Source: a virus | Strand: one strand, 5' to 3' | IMG/VR virus record: IMGVR_UViG_3300035703_000020 | Coordinates: 1-64,000 of that record | DNA length: 64,000 nt | In this document: positions 40,315-49,207 of the stretch, piece by piece | How the letters are laid out: each line of letters starts with the position of its first letter | How positions within the stretch are numbered: the first letter of the stretch is position 1 | The notes under the pieces: model-generated | Told to the model about the DNA's origin: nothing | The model's input: only the letters and a program-made list of their open reading frames with translations | Database searches by the model: none | Position numbers and translations under genes: made by a program

Positions 40315-41403
40315 ATGAGAAACGAATCCGTCCTGTTCCTGGAGTCGTGGCTGAACCGCCACGGGCTGCCCGCCCTGGCCGAACACGGCGTCCGCGTGAC
40401 GTCCGACGACCGCTACCCCGGCCTCTACTGCCTGAAGTACGGCCCGACGGCCGACAAGTCCTCCGACATCGTGCGGGTCTGCCGCGGCGCGGTGGTCGAG
40501 CTGAGCGAGGCCGACGGCCACCGCGTGGTCGCCTACGCGTTCGACCGCTTCTTCAACGCCGGCGAGCAGCAGGCGGCCGAGATCGACTGGGAGTCCGCCC
40601 GCGTGTTCGAGAAGCACGACGGCAGCCTGATCAAGCTGTTCCACCTCGACGGCCGCGGCTGGATCGTGTCCACCTCCGGCACGGTCGGGGCCGACATCCG
40701 CTTCGGCGAGATGGGCATGACGTTCGAGCAGCTGTTCTGGCGTGCGTTCAAGGCCAACTACGGCGACCCCGGCGAGAAGCTCGACCCCGGAGTCGTCTAC
40801 GTCTTCGAGCTGTGCACGCCCGACAACAAGGTCGTGGTCGACCACAAGTTCGACTACCTGCCGCTGCTGGCGGCGCGCGACGCCGCGACGATGGAGGAGA
40901 TCTACGTCGAGTCGTTCTCAGGCCAGTTCGCGATCGCGACCGAGTACGGCCACTGGTCGGACATCGGCCGCCTGATCGAGTGGGCCAACGAGCGCAAGGG
41001 CTCCGAGCACGAGGGCTTCATCGTCGTCGACAAGCACTGGAACCGCATCAAGGTGAAGGGCGAGTCGTACGTCCAGATGCACCGCGTCAAGGGCAACGGC
41101 GATCCCAGCTTCTTCGAGCTGTGGCGGAACGACGACCTGGTCGAGTTCTGGACCTACTTCCCCGAGTACAAGGAGCGGTTCCAACGCAGGCTGGCCCGCA
41201 TCGAGGACACGGCGTTCTTCGTCGAGGGCTTCGTGCGCGAGTACTCCCACATGGACCAGAAGCAGTTCGCGGCCCAGGTGCTGCAGCGCCACCCCAAGGT
41301 GAGCGGCGCCATGTTCTCGATCCGGTCCGGCAAGGCCGACGGGTTCGTCGGGTGGCTGATGCAGCAGAATGAGAAGAAGTTCGAGGAGATCTTCGGTGAG
41401 TGA
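40315..41403 (+). CDS. T4 Rnl1-like RNA ligase
   Basis: CRG, FDRFFN, EKHDGSLI (motif I), FEL, EGFIV, RIKVK. Confidence 0.85.
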   Translation: MRNESVLFLESWLNRHGLPALAEHGVRVTSDDRYPGLYCLKYGPTADKSSDIVRVCRGAVVELSEADGHRVVAYAFDRFFNAGEQQAAEIDWESARVFEKHDGSLIKLFHLDGRGWIVSTSGTVGADIRFGEMGMTFEQLFWRAFKANYGDPGEKLDPGVVYVFELCTPDNKVVVDHKFDYLPLLAARDAATMEEIYVESFSGQFAIATEYGHWSDIGRLIEWANERKGSEHEGFIVVDKHWNRIKVKGESYVQMHRVKGNGDPSFFELWRNDDLVEFWTYFPEYKERFQRRLARIEDTAFFVEGFVREYSHMDQKQFAAQVLQRHPKVSGAMFSIRSGKADGFVGWLMQQNEKKFEEIFGE

Positions 41404-41783
41404 AGTCAACGTGCCCGACCTCTGGGGAAACAAACCAGAAGTGAACGAGAGCATCGCCCTGCAGCCCGAGGTCAACAGCTGGCAACCGACCAGCAGCTCG
41501 TTCAACATCAGTGTCCCGCAACACGTCGGTCATTGGGTCATCTCGGGTAACTTCCACGTCTATGTCAAGAAACGTCCCAACCGCCTCAACCGCTTCATGA
41601 CAAGGGTGCTGCTCGGGTGGGAGTGGGCAGACGCGTGACTGAAGACCTGAAGTCTGAACCTAAAGTCACTAGGGTTGAGGTCATCGACCACGAAGGCCGA
41701 TCCTATGTCAACTGGGACGAGCGTAACAGGGTCGAACTCTCGTACCAGGATGATGGACGCACACTCAAGATCTTCATAAGCCG

Positions 41784-42413
41784 GTGACGACTGTCCGCTT
41801 CATCGGGGACGTCCACGGAAAGTGGACTCGCTACAAGAAACTCATCAAAAGCTGCCCAAGGTCGATCCAAGTCGGTGACTTCGGAGTAGGATTCTACAAC
41901 CCGCGCACGGAGTCCTACAGCCGTCCGCCGTACGACTCGATGTGCAAGGGCGACCACAAGTTCATCAGAGGCAACCATGATAACCCCACGCAGTGCCGTT
42001 CTCATCCGTTTTGGATCGCTGACGGCTCGCTTCTCGACGGCCGCGTGTTCTGCGTTGGCGGCGCTATGTCGATCGACAAGCACCTCCGCACGGAAGGCTG
42101 GGACTGGTGGCCGGACGAGGAGCTCAGCTACGCCCAGTTCCTCGAACTCATTCAGGCGTACGAGGAGGCCCGCCCGAGCGTGGTGGTCTCGCACGAGTGC
42201 CCGGAGACCGTCGTGAACCATGTGCTCGCCGCCAAGGGCAAGTACAAGTACGACATCCCGAGCATCACCCGGCAGTTCTTCGACAACCTCCTCCACGTCC
42301 ACAAACCCGAGCTGTGGATCCACGGCCACTGGCACTTCGACCACCACACCGTGTTCGACGGGGTCGAGTTCGTGGGCCTCGGGGAGCTATCCCACCTGGA
42401 CCTGGAGGTCTGA
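41784..42413 (+). CDS. Metallophosphoesterase
   Basis: GDVHG, GDFG, GNHD, SHECP, HGHWH. Confidence 0.85.
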   Translation: MTTVRFIGDVHGKWTRYKKLIKSCPRSIQVGDFGVGFYNPRTESYSRPPYDSMCKGDHKFIRGNHDNPTQCRSHPFWIADGSLLDGRVFCVGGAMSIDKHLRTEGWDWWPDEELSYAQFLELIQAYEEARPSVVVSHECPETVVNHVLAAKGKYKYDIPSITRQFFDNLLHVHKPELWIHGHWHFDHHTVFDGVEFVGLGELSHLDLEV

Positions 42414-42657
42414 TGGACACCATCCACAAGGCGATCTACGCCGTTGACCACTATCAGATGACACGCAAGCAGCAGCTCTGGGGCGACGTCTACCGCTGCG
42501 CCTTCTACCGCTGGAAGGCCTCCGACTACCGTTCCGAGGGCGACTACGCCACGATGGTCGCCGCCCTCGGCCTCGGGGACCGGTTCTGGGAGTGACACGG
42601 AGCACCCCTCACCGCCCCGGCGCCAGAAGCACAATACACCAAGAGAAAACCAACACC

Positions 42658-43056
42658 ATGCGAAGCAACGAGTCCCAGGGCATCGTCATCATCGGCCTGC
42701 TGGGCGCGATCGTCGTCGGCGGCCTCGCGTTCGGCCTGCCCCAGTACGGCGTCTACACCAAGACCCTGAACGGCAAGGCCCAGCTGCAGGAAGCCGAGTT
42801 CACCCGCCAGGTGGCGGTGCTCGAGGCCAAGGCCAAGCTCGACTCCGCGAAGGAGCTGGCCCAGGCCGAGGTCGAGCGCGCCAAGGGCGTCGCCCAGGCC
42901 AACCAGATCATCGGCGACAGCCTCAAGGGCAACCGCGAGTACCTCCAGTACCTCTACATCACCGGCCTCGAGGAGGGCAGCCAGAAGGGCAACGTGACGA
43001 TCTACGTGCCGACCGAGGGCGGCATGCCGGTGCCCACCCTCCAGATGAACAAGTGA
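42658..43056 (+). CDS. Membrane-anchored coiled-coil protein (SPFH-like)
   Basis: N-terminal TM helix, EVERAKGVAQANQIIGDSL, IYVPTEGGMP. Confidence 0.6.
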   Translation: MRSNESQGIVIIGLLGAIVVGGLAFGLPQYGVYTKTLNGKAQLQEAEFTRQVAVLEAKAKLDSAKELAQAEVERAKGVAQANQIIGDSLKGNREYLQYLYITGLEEGSQKGNVTIYVPTEGGMPVPTLQMNK

Positions 43057-43673
43057 GGGACCTCGAGATAGCGGCCCGCCTGGCTTCACCCCGGAGGAGT
43101 TCGAGAAGCTTCTCGAGGAACACATCGCGAAGGCCATGTTCGACGCGATCGTCTCCTACCTGAAGAAGACCGCCGACATCATGGACGAGACCGGGCTGAG
43201 GGCGATGACGGCGGACGACCTCCGCCGCGTCGCGCTGGAAATGTCAGTACAAGGCTACGAACCGCAATGACTGGATACACATTCGAGGTGTGGGCCGACC
43301 ATACCATGTCGGGGGCGGACGGCAGGGCCGTCTACGTCGCGCGGGTTGCCGATCCGTTCGGGCTCGTGATAGGCGAGGTGAGGAGCCTCTCCGAGGACAC
43401 AACGCTGAGGCTGGCAAATGAGCTTAAGAAGGGGGACAAGGGGCGCTACGCCGCTGACCACGGTCTCTGCGCCTGAGATGACCCGCATGCAGGAGCTCTG
43501 GGATGTCATGAACGACGTCGGGATCGCCAGTATGACGGTCAACGAGCTCGAGGAGTGGTCGTACCTGATGGCCAAGAGCCTCGAGGGCAAGGGCGACCCC
43601 ACCCACGACGTGCCAGTCAAGTAAGCGCACGCCAAATGACCGGAGTCCCGCGCGAGCGCGGTAGAATTCGGCT

Positions 43674-44420
43674 ATGAGACTGAGAGATCAAACCAACAAG
43701 ATGCCGATCCCAATGGGACCAGCCCCGCCGCGCGAGCAGCGGGGCATTTTACTTACGGACCACCGGCTCGACGAGCGCTCGGTGGTCGTCATCGGCGACG
43801 TGCACGGCTGCGCGCAGGCGCTGCGCGACCTGCTCGTCGACGTCGTCAACACCGGCTGCCAGGTCGTCTTCGTGGGCGACCTGATGGACAGGGGCACCCA
43901 CTTCAAGTCGGTGCTCACGATCGTGCACTCGATGTGCACTGACCCAGAGAAGTGGGGCGTCAGCCGCGCCACGTGCCTGATGGGCAACCACGAGCGGATG
44001 ATCCTCGACGCCTACTCGAACTCGTGGGACGACGGGTGGAGGCTCTGGATGCGGAACGGCGGGCTCGTCGAGGACTTCCAGTACATCAGCGATTCCGGCC
44101 GCTGGGGCTGGCTCAACGGCCTCCCGCTCTGGTACGAGCACGAGAAAAGGGTGGAGTGGGAGGGGGAGGCCTTGCAGCTGCTGGTCACCCACGGGTCGGT
44201 CGAGCCGGGGAAGCCCTTGCGGCAGCAGGACCCGGAGACGCTCTACTGGGGCCGTGCCATCCGCGGCTACTCCCGCGACCACCTGACCGTCCACGGCCAC
44301 ACGATCTGCCACGGCGGCGAGCCGATGCAGTACGACACCGAGACCGGCAAGGTCGTCCGGATCGACACCGGCTCCTACATGACCGGCATCGTGACCGGGC
44401 TGGCGCTGAGGGAGGCGTGA
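43674..44420 (+). CDS. Ser/Thr phosphatase-like metallophosphoesterase
   Basis: GDVHGC, GDLMDRG, GNHE, HGHT, IDTG. Confidence 0.88.
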   Translation: MRLRDQTNKMPIPMGPAPPREQRGILLTDHRLDERSVVVIGDVHGCAQALRDLLVDVVNTGCQVVFVGDLMDRGTHFKSVLTIVHSMCTDPEKWGVSRATCLMGNHERMILDAYSNSWDDGWRLWMRNGGLVEDFQYISDSGRWGWLNGLPLWYEHEKRVEWEGEALQLLVTHGSVEPGKPLRQQDPETLYWGRAIRGYSRDHLTVHGHTICHGGEPMQYDTETGKVVRIDTGSYMTGIVTGLALREA

Positions 44421-44890
44421 TGTTCGACCTCTCGCGCTACGAGCTCATGTGCGAGCTCACGCCCGACGGCGGTAAGCTGCGGCCGTCGTGGGACCGCGCC
44501 TTCTGGGCCAAGAAGGTCCTCAGCAAGCCGCGCTCCGTCGTGTACGTCATCACGATAGGCGACGAGGTGTACAAGATCGGGATGACCGACTGCAACGTCT
44601 CGATGATCATCAACGGCTACTGCAAGAGCGACTTCCTTAGGGACCGGGCCGCGCACCGCGAGGTCCTGGCCGCGGCGGTCGCCGCCGGCGTGCCGGTGCG
44701 CTTCCACGGCTACCTCGTCGAGATGCCCCCGGTGGCCGTCACGCTCCCGAGCGGCGAGACCGCGCAGGTCAGGCCCAGGTGCGGCGGGGAGCTGGAGAGG
44801 GACGCCCTGAGGGCCTACGAGGCGGCCCACGGCGAGCTCCCGAGGGGCAACCACTTCGAGCGGGCGCCCAAGGGCCGGCGTGCCAATTGA
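44420..44890 (+). CDS. GIY-YIG-like nuclease resembling T4 endonuclease II
   Basis: VVYVITIGDEVYKIGMT...ELE...LPRGN. The usual catalytic Arg is not evident. Confidence 0.5.
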   Translation: MFDLSRYELMCELTPDGGKLRPSWDRAFWAKKVLSKPRSVVYVITIGDEVYKIGMTDCNVSMIINGYCKSDFLRDRAAHREVLAAAVAAGVPVRFHGYLVEMPPVAVTLPSGETAQVRPRCGGELERDALRAYEAAHGELPRGNHFERAPKGRRAN

Positions 44891-45159
44891 CGAGGTGCAC
44901 ACCTTTTTAACCGGAGGGTCCCCGGGCGGCCTATGATACTTGTATCGAAACGAATGAGACAAGTGAACGCCATCCAGATCCCCGCCCACGTCAAGAACGC
45001 CCGCCGCGCCGAGAAGCTCGCGGCCGACGAGTTCTGGGCCTACCACGCCGAGATCGCGGGCAAGAAGCCCGTCGACGCCAAGTACAATGCGCTCTTCGAG
45101 AGCATGAATGCCGCGCGCGTCCGCCGCGTCGAGGCCGTCCGCCAGTTCACCCTGGGGCT

Positions 45160-45600
45160 GTGATGCTGATCGCCCACGTGATGATCGGGGCCCCGGGCTC
45201 CGGCAAGTCGACCTCGGCCTCGACGCTGGCCGCGATGTTCGACTCCGTCGTCGTGTCCACCGACGCCGTCCGCGCCGAGCTGTGGGGCGACGAGTCGGTC
45301 CAGGGCGACTGGGCCGAGGTGTCCCGCGAGGTTAACCGGCGCATACGCTGCGCAGCCGCCGCCGGCCGCAACGTCGTGCTCGACGCCACCCACGCCAAGC
45401 GCGCCTACCGCCGCCGCGCGGTCGAGATGCTCCGCGATTCGGGCTACGAGTCCGTCGTGCCCATGCTGGTGCACCCGCCCCTCGAGACGTGCCTGGGCCG
45501 CAACGAGCGGCGCGATCGCGTCGTCCCCGCCGACGTCGTCGAGCGGATGTGGCGCGCGATCGAGCAGAACAAGAACGATATTCAACAGGACTTCGAATGA
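45160..45600 (+). CDS. Polynucleotide kinase-like P-loop protein
   Basis: GAPGSGKST, STDAVR, VLDATH, CLGRNERRDRVVP. Confidence 0.82.
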   Translation: MMLIAHVMIGAPGSGKSTSASTLAAMFDSVVVSTDAVRAELWGDESVQGDWAEVSREVNRRIRCAAAAGRNVVLDATHAKRAYRRRAVEMLRDSGYESVVPMLVHPPLETCLGRNERRDRVVPADVVERMWRAIEQNKNDIQQDFE

Positions 45601-46292
45601 TGACCGAGACATTCCTCATAGGCGACGTGCACTCGCAGGCCGACAACCTCGAGCGGGCCCTGGCGCACGTGCTGAACAGCGGCGGCGAGAGCGCGCGCGT
45701 GATCTTCCTCGGCGACCTCTTCGACTCGCGCTGCGCGACGTCCCAGTCCGCGGAGGTGTACGGCATCGTCCGCTCCTTCCAGGACGCCTACGGCGCCACG
45801 GTGCTCAACTCGAACCACCAGGACAAGCTGCGGCGCTACCTATCCGGGTCGCCGGTGCGGGTCGACCTCGTGCCCGAGCTCGGGCGCACCATCCGCGAGT
45901 TCGAGGAGACCAACATCGACCGCGACGAGCTGCTGGGCTGGCTCGAGTCGTGCCCCTACGGCTACGTCTTCAACGACAGCTCGGGCCGCGAGTACCGCTG
46001 CGCCCACGCCTACTTCCCCAGCTGGGTCGAGCCCGACGGCGCCGTCGTGACCGGCGAGGGCCTGCCCCGCAAGGCGAGGGACCTCATGCTCTACGGCAAG
46101 CGCGACCACGAGACCAAGCAGCGGGTCCGCTGGTGGGAGCACGAGAGCCGCGTGCCCTGGACCCGCGTGTCCGGCCACTACCACTGCGTGCACCTCTCGG
46201 AGCGTTCGCTCGTCCTCGATGGGCAGTGCGGCAACGAGGGCGGCCAGCTGCCGGTCTACGAGGTGAACGCTGGACGCCTCACGTACTTCTGA
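45597..46292 (+). CDS. Metallophosphoesterase (Pnkp phosphatase-like)
   Basis: GDVHS, GDLFD, SNHQDKL.R.L.G, AHA, GHYH. ATGA-coupled to the kinase. Confidence 0.78.
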   Translation: MMTETFLIGDVHSQADNLERALAHVLNSGGESARVIFLGDLFDSRCATSQSAEVYGIVRSFQDAYGATVLNSNHQDKLRRYLSGSPVRVDLVPELGRTIREFEETNIDRDELLGWLESCPYGYVFNDSSGREYRCAHAYFPSWVEPDGAVVTGEGLPRKARDLMLYGKRDHETKQRVRWWEHESRVPWTRVSGHYHCVHLSERSLVLDGQCGNEGGQLPVYEVNAGRLTYF

Positions 46293-46924
46293 TCCGCGTA
46301 AAATCAAAGGAGGAGCCCAGGCCGACCATGGAAACAAAGCAGATCATCTACCCCACGGAGCGGCTACTCGCGAACCCGAGGATCTTCATGGCCATCGCCA
46401 GGGAGTTCGACGGTCCCGACTGGGAGACCATCGCAGGGGCGTTCTACGACCTGATCGAGCACGACATCCTCCACGAGGAGGACCCCGAGGACGTGGCGTT
46501 CAACGCACCAGAGGTGTGCTTCCGGCTGAAGCCGGGGGCGGAGGAGGTTGTACAGATCATCCTACCCGACGGCAACGCGGTCGAGCTGCACCCCACCGCC
46601 TCGTCCACGGAGGACGGCGAGGAGTACTACGCCGCCGTGAAGACGGAGGAGGACTTCGCGATCACGTCCACGATCAACGCCAGGCTGATCAGGGCGATCG
46701 AGGAGGCAGCGCCCGAGGTCGCGGGCGACGTCGCCCTGTGCGAGCCGCCGACGCCGGCCAACGAGTTCCTGCGCGACTCCTCCGATGACTGCTTCCGCGG
46801 GCAGTTCCACCTGCTGTCGGACCCGGATCGGGTCTTCGACTTTCGCGTGGAGGTCGTCGATCTGAACACCGACGAGCTCAGGGCGCAGGTGCGCCCGATA
46901 AAATGACCAGGCGGAGCAAGTTCG

Positions 46925-47563
46925 ATGTCGGAAACCAACCACGACCAGACGAATTCCTCCAGTCCCTACGTGTACGGGGGCTGGCTGATACAGGAGCAAC
47001 TACCAACCCAATGGCACCTACTAGTAGCGGCAATCCTCCTAAACCAGAGCAAAAGGTCCCCGGCCTGGGACCTGTCGCTCTCCGAGCTGTTCTCGCGCTG
47101 GCCCAGCCCCTCCGCCCTCGCATCCGCTGACGGGTCGCTGGAGGAGCTGCTGACCCCGCAGGGGTTCGGCAACGTGAAGGCAAAGCGCCTCAGGCGCATG
47201 TCGGAAGATTACCAATCCTGGGACGGCCAGGACCCGAGAGTCCTCTACGGTTGCGGGCAGTACGCCTACGACTCGTGGAGGATCTTCGTCAGGGGCGACC
47301 GCCCCGCGCCCGAGGAGGTCAACGACGGGGTGCTTGTAAAATTCCTCGAGAGATGCCGTGAGGGATGGCGAATTGGACTACCTCTACCACAGGTGGTCGG
47401 GGATAGCGTGGGAGCGTGGTCTGCTGAACGAGTTCGAGACCCGCTACCGCCACTACAGACAGAGATGCTGGTCGAGAAGAGAGTGTATTCTCGCCGCGGC
47501 AACAGAGCTGAACCTACCGGGCTGGCCCTGAGCGCACGATCGTTGAAACCACTGCGAGAATGA
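46925..47563 (+). CDS. MBD4-like HhH-GPD DNA glycosylase
   Basis: LIQEQL...WHLLVAAILLNQ...RWPSP...LYGCGQYAYDSWRIF with the catalytic Asp retained. Confidence 0.78.
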   Translation: MSETNHDQTNSSSPYVYGGWLIQEQLPTQWHLLVAAILLNQSKRSPAWDLSLSELFSRWPSPSALASADGSLEELLTPQGFGNVKAKRLRRMSEDYQSWDGQDPRVLYGCGQYAYDSWRIFVRGDRPAPEEVNDGVLVKFLERCREGWRIGLPLPQVVGDSVGAWSAERVRDPLPPLQTEMLVEKRVYSRRGNRAEPTGLALSARSLKPLRE

Positions 47564-48423
47564 ACCACCTAGTCGACGCCGAGCTGCGCCGCCTCGCGCG
47601 GCAGAAGGACCTCCTCATGGAGGGTGTACGGGACATGGAGCTGGACTTCCAGGCCAAGATCCGCAAGATCGAGGAGGCCTCGGCCAAGCTCGACGAGATG
47701 CAGGACCGCGTCGCGGTGGCCCTGGACACGTTCAAGTACCGCATCGAGCGCACGGCCAACGCCGAGCTCAAGCGGTCGCAGAAGCGCGTCAAGGAGCTCG
47801 AGGCCAAGCTGGCCGAGGTCGGCGACGTGCAGGCGCGCAGGGCCGTCGACCACGAGATCGTGTCCAGGGCGAAGACGATTGCCATCTTCGACGCGATCCT
47901 GTTCAACATCTGCAACTGGTCGACGGCGGGCGACACGGCCCCGGACTTCGAGCTGGCTTCGCAGGCGATCCTCTTCCCGGCCGTCTACGAGCGGGTGATG
48001 AAGGGCGACGAGGAGGCCTACATCCTCGACGAGGTCCCGCCCAGCGCCATAGAGGTCGTCAGGCGCGGCCGCGAGTGGGTGAGGTACTTCCGCTCGGCGA
48101 TGGAGCTGTCGCTCGTCGACCCGTCAGTGTGGGAGCGCAGCATCGACGAGGTGGCGAAGTGGTGGACGTCTGATGCCCTGCCGCTGATCTACGGGTCGCG
48201 CGACCCCGACTGGGACCACGACGAGCCCTACTCGCTGTCGGAGATGATCGCGTGGCGGGACTACCCCGCGAACCGCGCGCTGTCCTTCCCGCTGATCTTC
48301 GACGGGATGGAGGCGGTCAACAAGCACTCCGACCGGATTCGCGAGGAGAGCGGGCTGCCACTATTCAACCAGCGAGCGGTGAGGACGCGGCTGGACCCGG
48401 ATGAACGACATCAGGAACCTTGA
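47560..48423 (+). CDS. Coiled-coil hypothetical protein
   Basis: Long ORF with N-terminal heptads. Confidence 0.6.
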   Translation: MNHLVDAELRRLARQKDLLMEGVRDMELDFQAKIRKIEEASAKLDEMQDRVAVALDTFKYRIERTANAELKRSQKRVKELEAKLAEVGDVQARRAVDHEIVSRAKTIAIFDAILFNICNWSTAGDTAPDFELASQAILFPAVYERVMKGDEEAYILDEVPPSAIEVVRRGREWVRYFRSAMELSLVDPSVWERSIDEVAKWWTSDALPLIYGSRDPDWDHDEPYSLSEMIAWRDYPANRALSFPLIFDGMEAVNKHSDRIREESGLPLFNQRAVRTRLDPDERHQEP

Positions 48424-49207
48424 GAACTGGGCGGCCGAGACCGTCAGCGAGAACCGCCGGCTGGGCGAGCTGAAGATGCAGGCCGGGCACGCCATCGTGG
48501 ACGCGCTCGAGTCCTATTACGCGCAGTGGCAGACGAAGCGCACCGACCGCGTGCGCAACGAGTACATGAAGTGGCGCGTCCGCCTGCACCGCAAGTGGAA
48601 CGACCACCCCGAGTTCCTCGAGGAGCTCAACGAGGCCTTCGACATCGGGCTCGACGACGACACCATAGGTAAAACACTCTGGGACATACCCGCGGAAGAC
48701 TCTGTCAACCTCTCTAATGGCTACAATTGGCGCCGAGACTCGGGCTACGCCCTCCGCGGAAGAAGCCGCCGGACGGCTGGAGCCGGTGCTCAAGATCTGG
48801 CGCAGTGAGCACGTTGACCAGTACCGCTGGGTCATGACGTTCGGCCCCGACGCCGAGCGCGATGTATTCCACGGCAACGCCACGACCCTCGAGCAGGCCA
48901 TGAGGGACGTCGAGCACTGCCGGCGGATCCACGAGGGCGCGGTCCCCGAAGCGCACGCCGGCTGAGCCGGTCGGGGCCGGCCCGCGTTAGGATAGATTGT
49001 CCTCACGGGTCACAATGGACTACATCGACACGGCCATCGACCGCATCCACTACCTCGTGGAGCGGGCAGAGGAGCTCTATGGCCACGGCCTACAGACCGA
49101 GGCCGCGCTGCTCCTGGAGCAGGCGTACGAGATCTCGCAGTCCATCAAGCAACCCACGCGCACCCCGGCACTCGCCGGCTAGAATACAGTTGAGCAAAAC
49201 CTATCAG

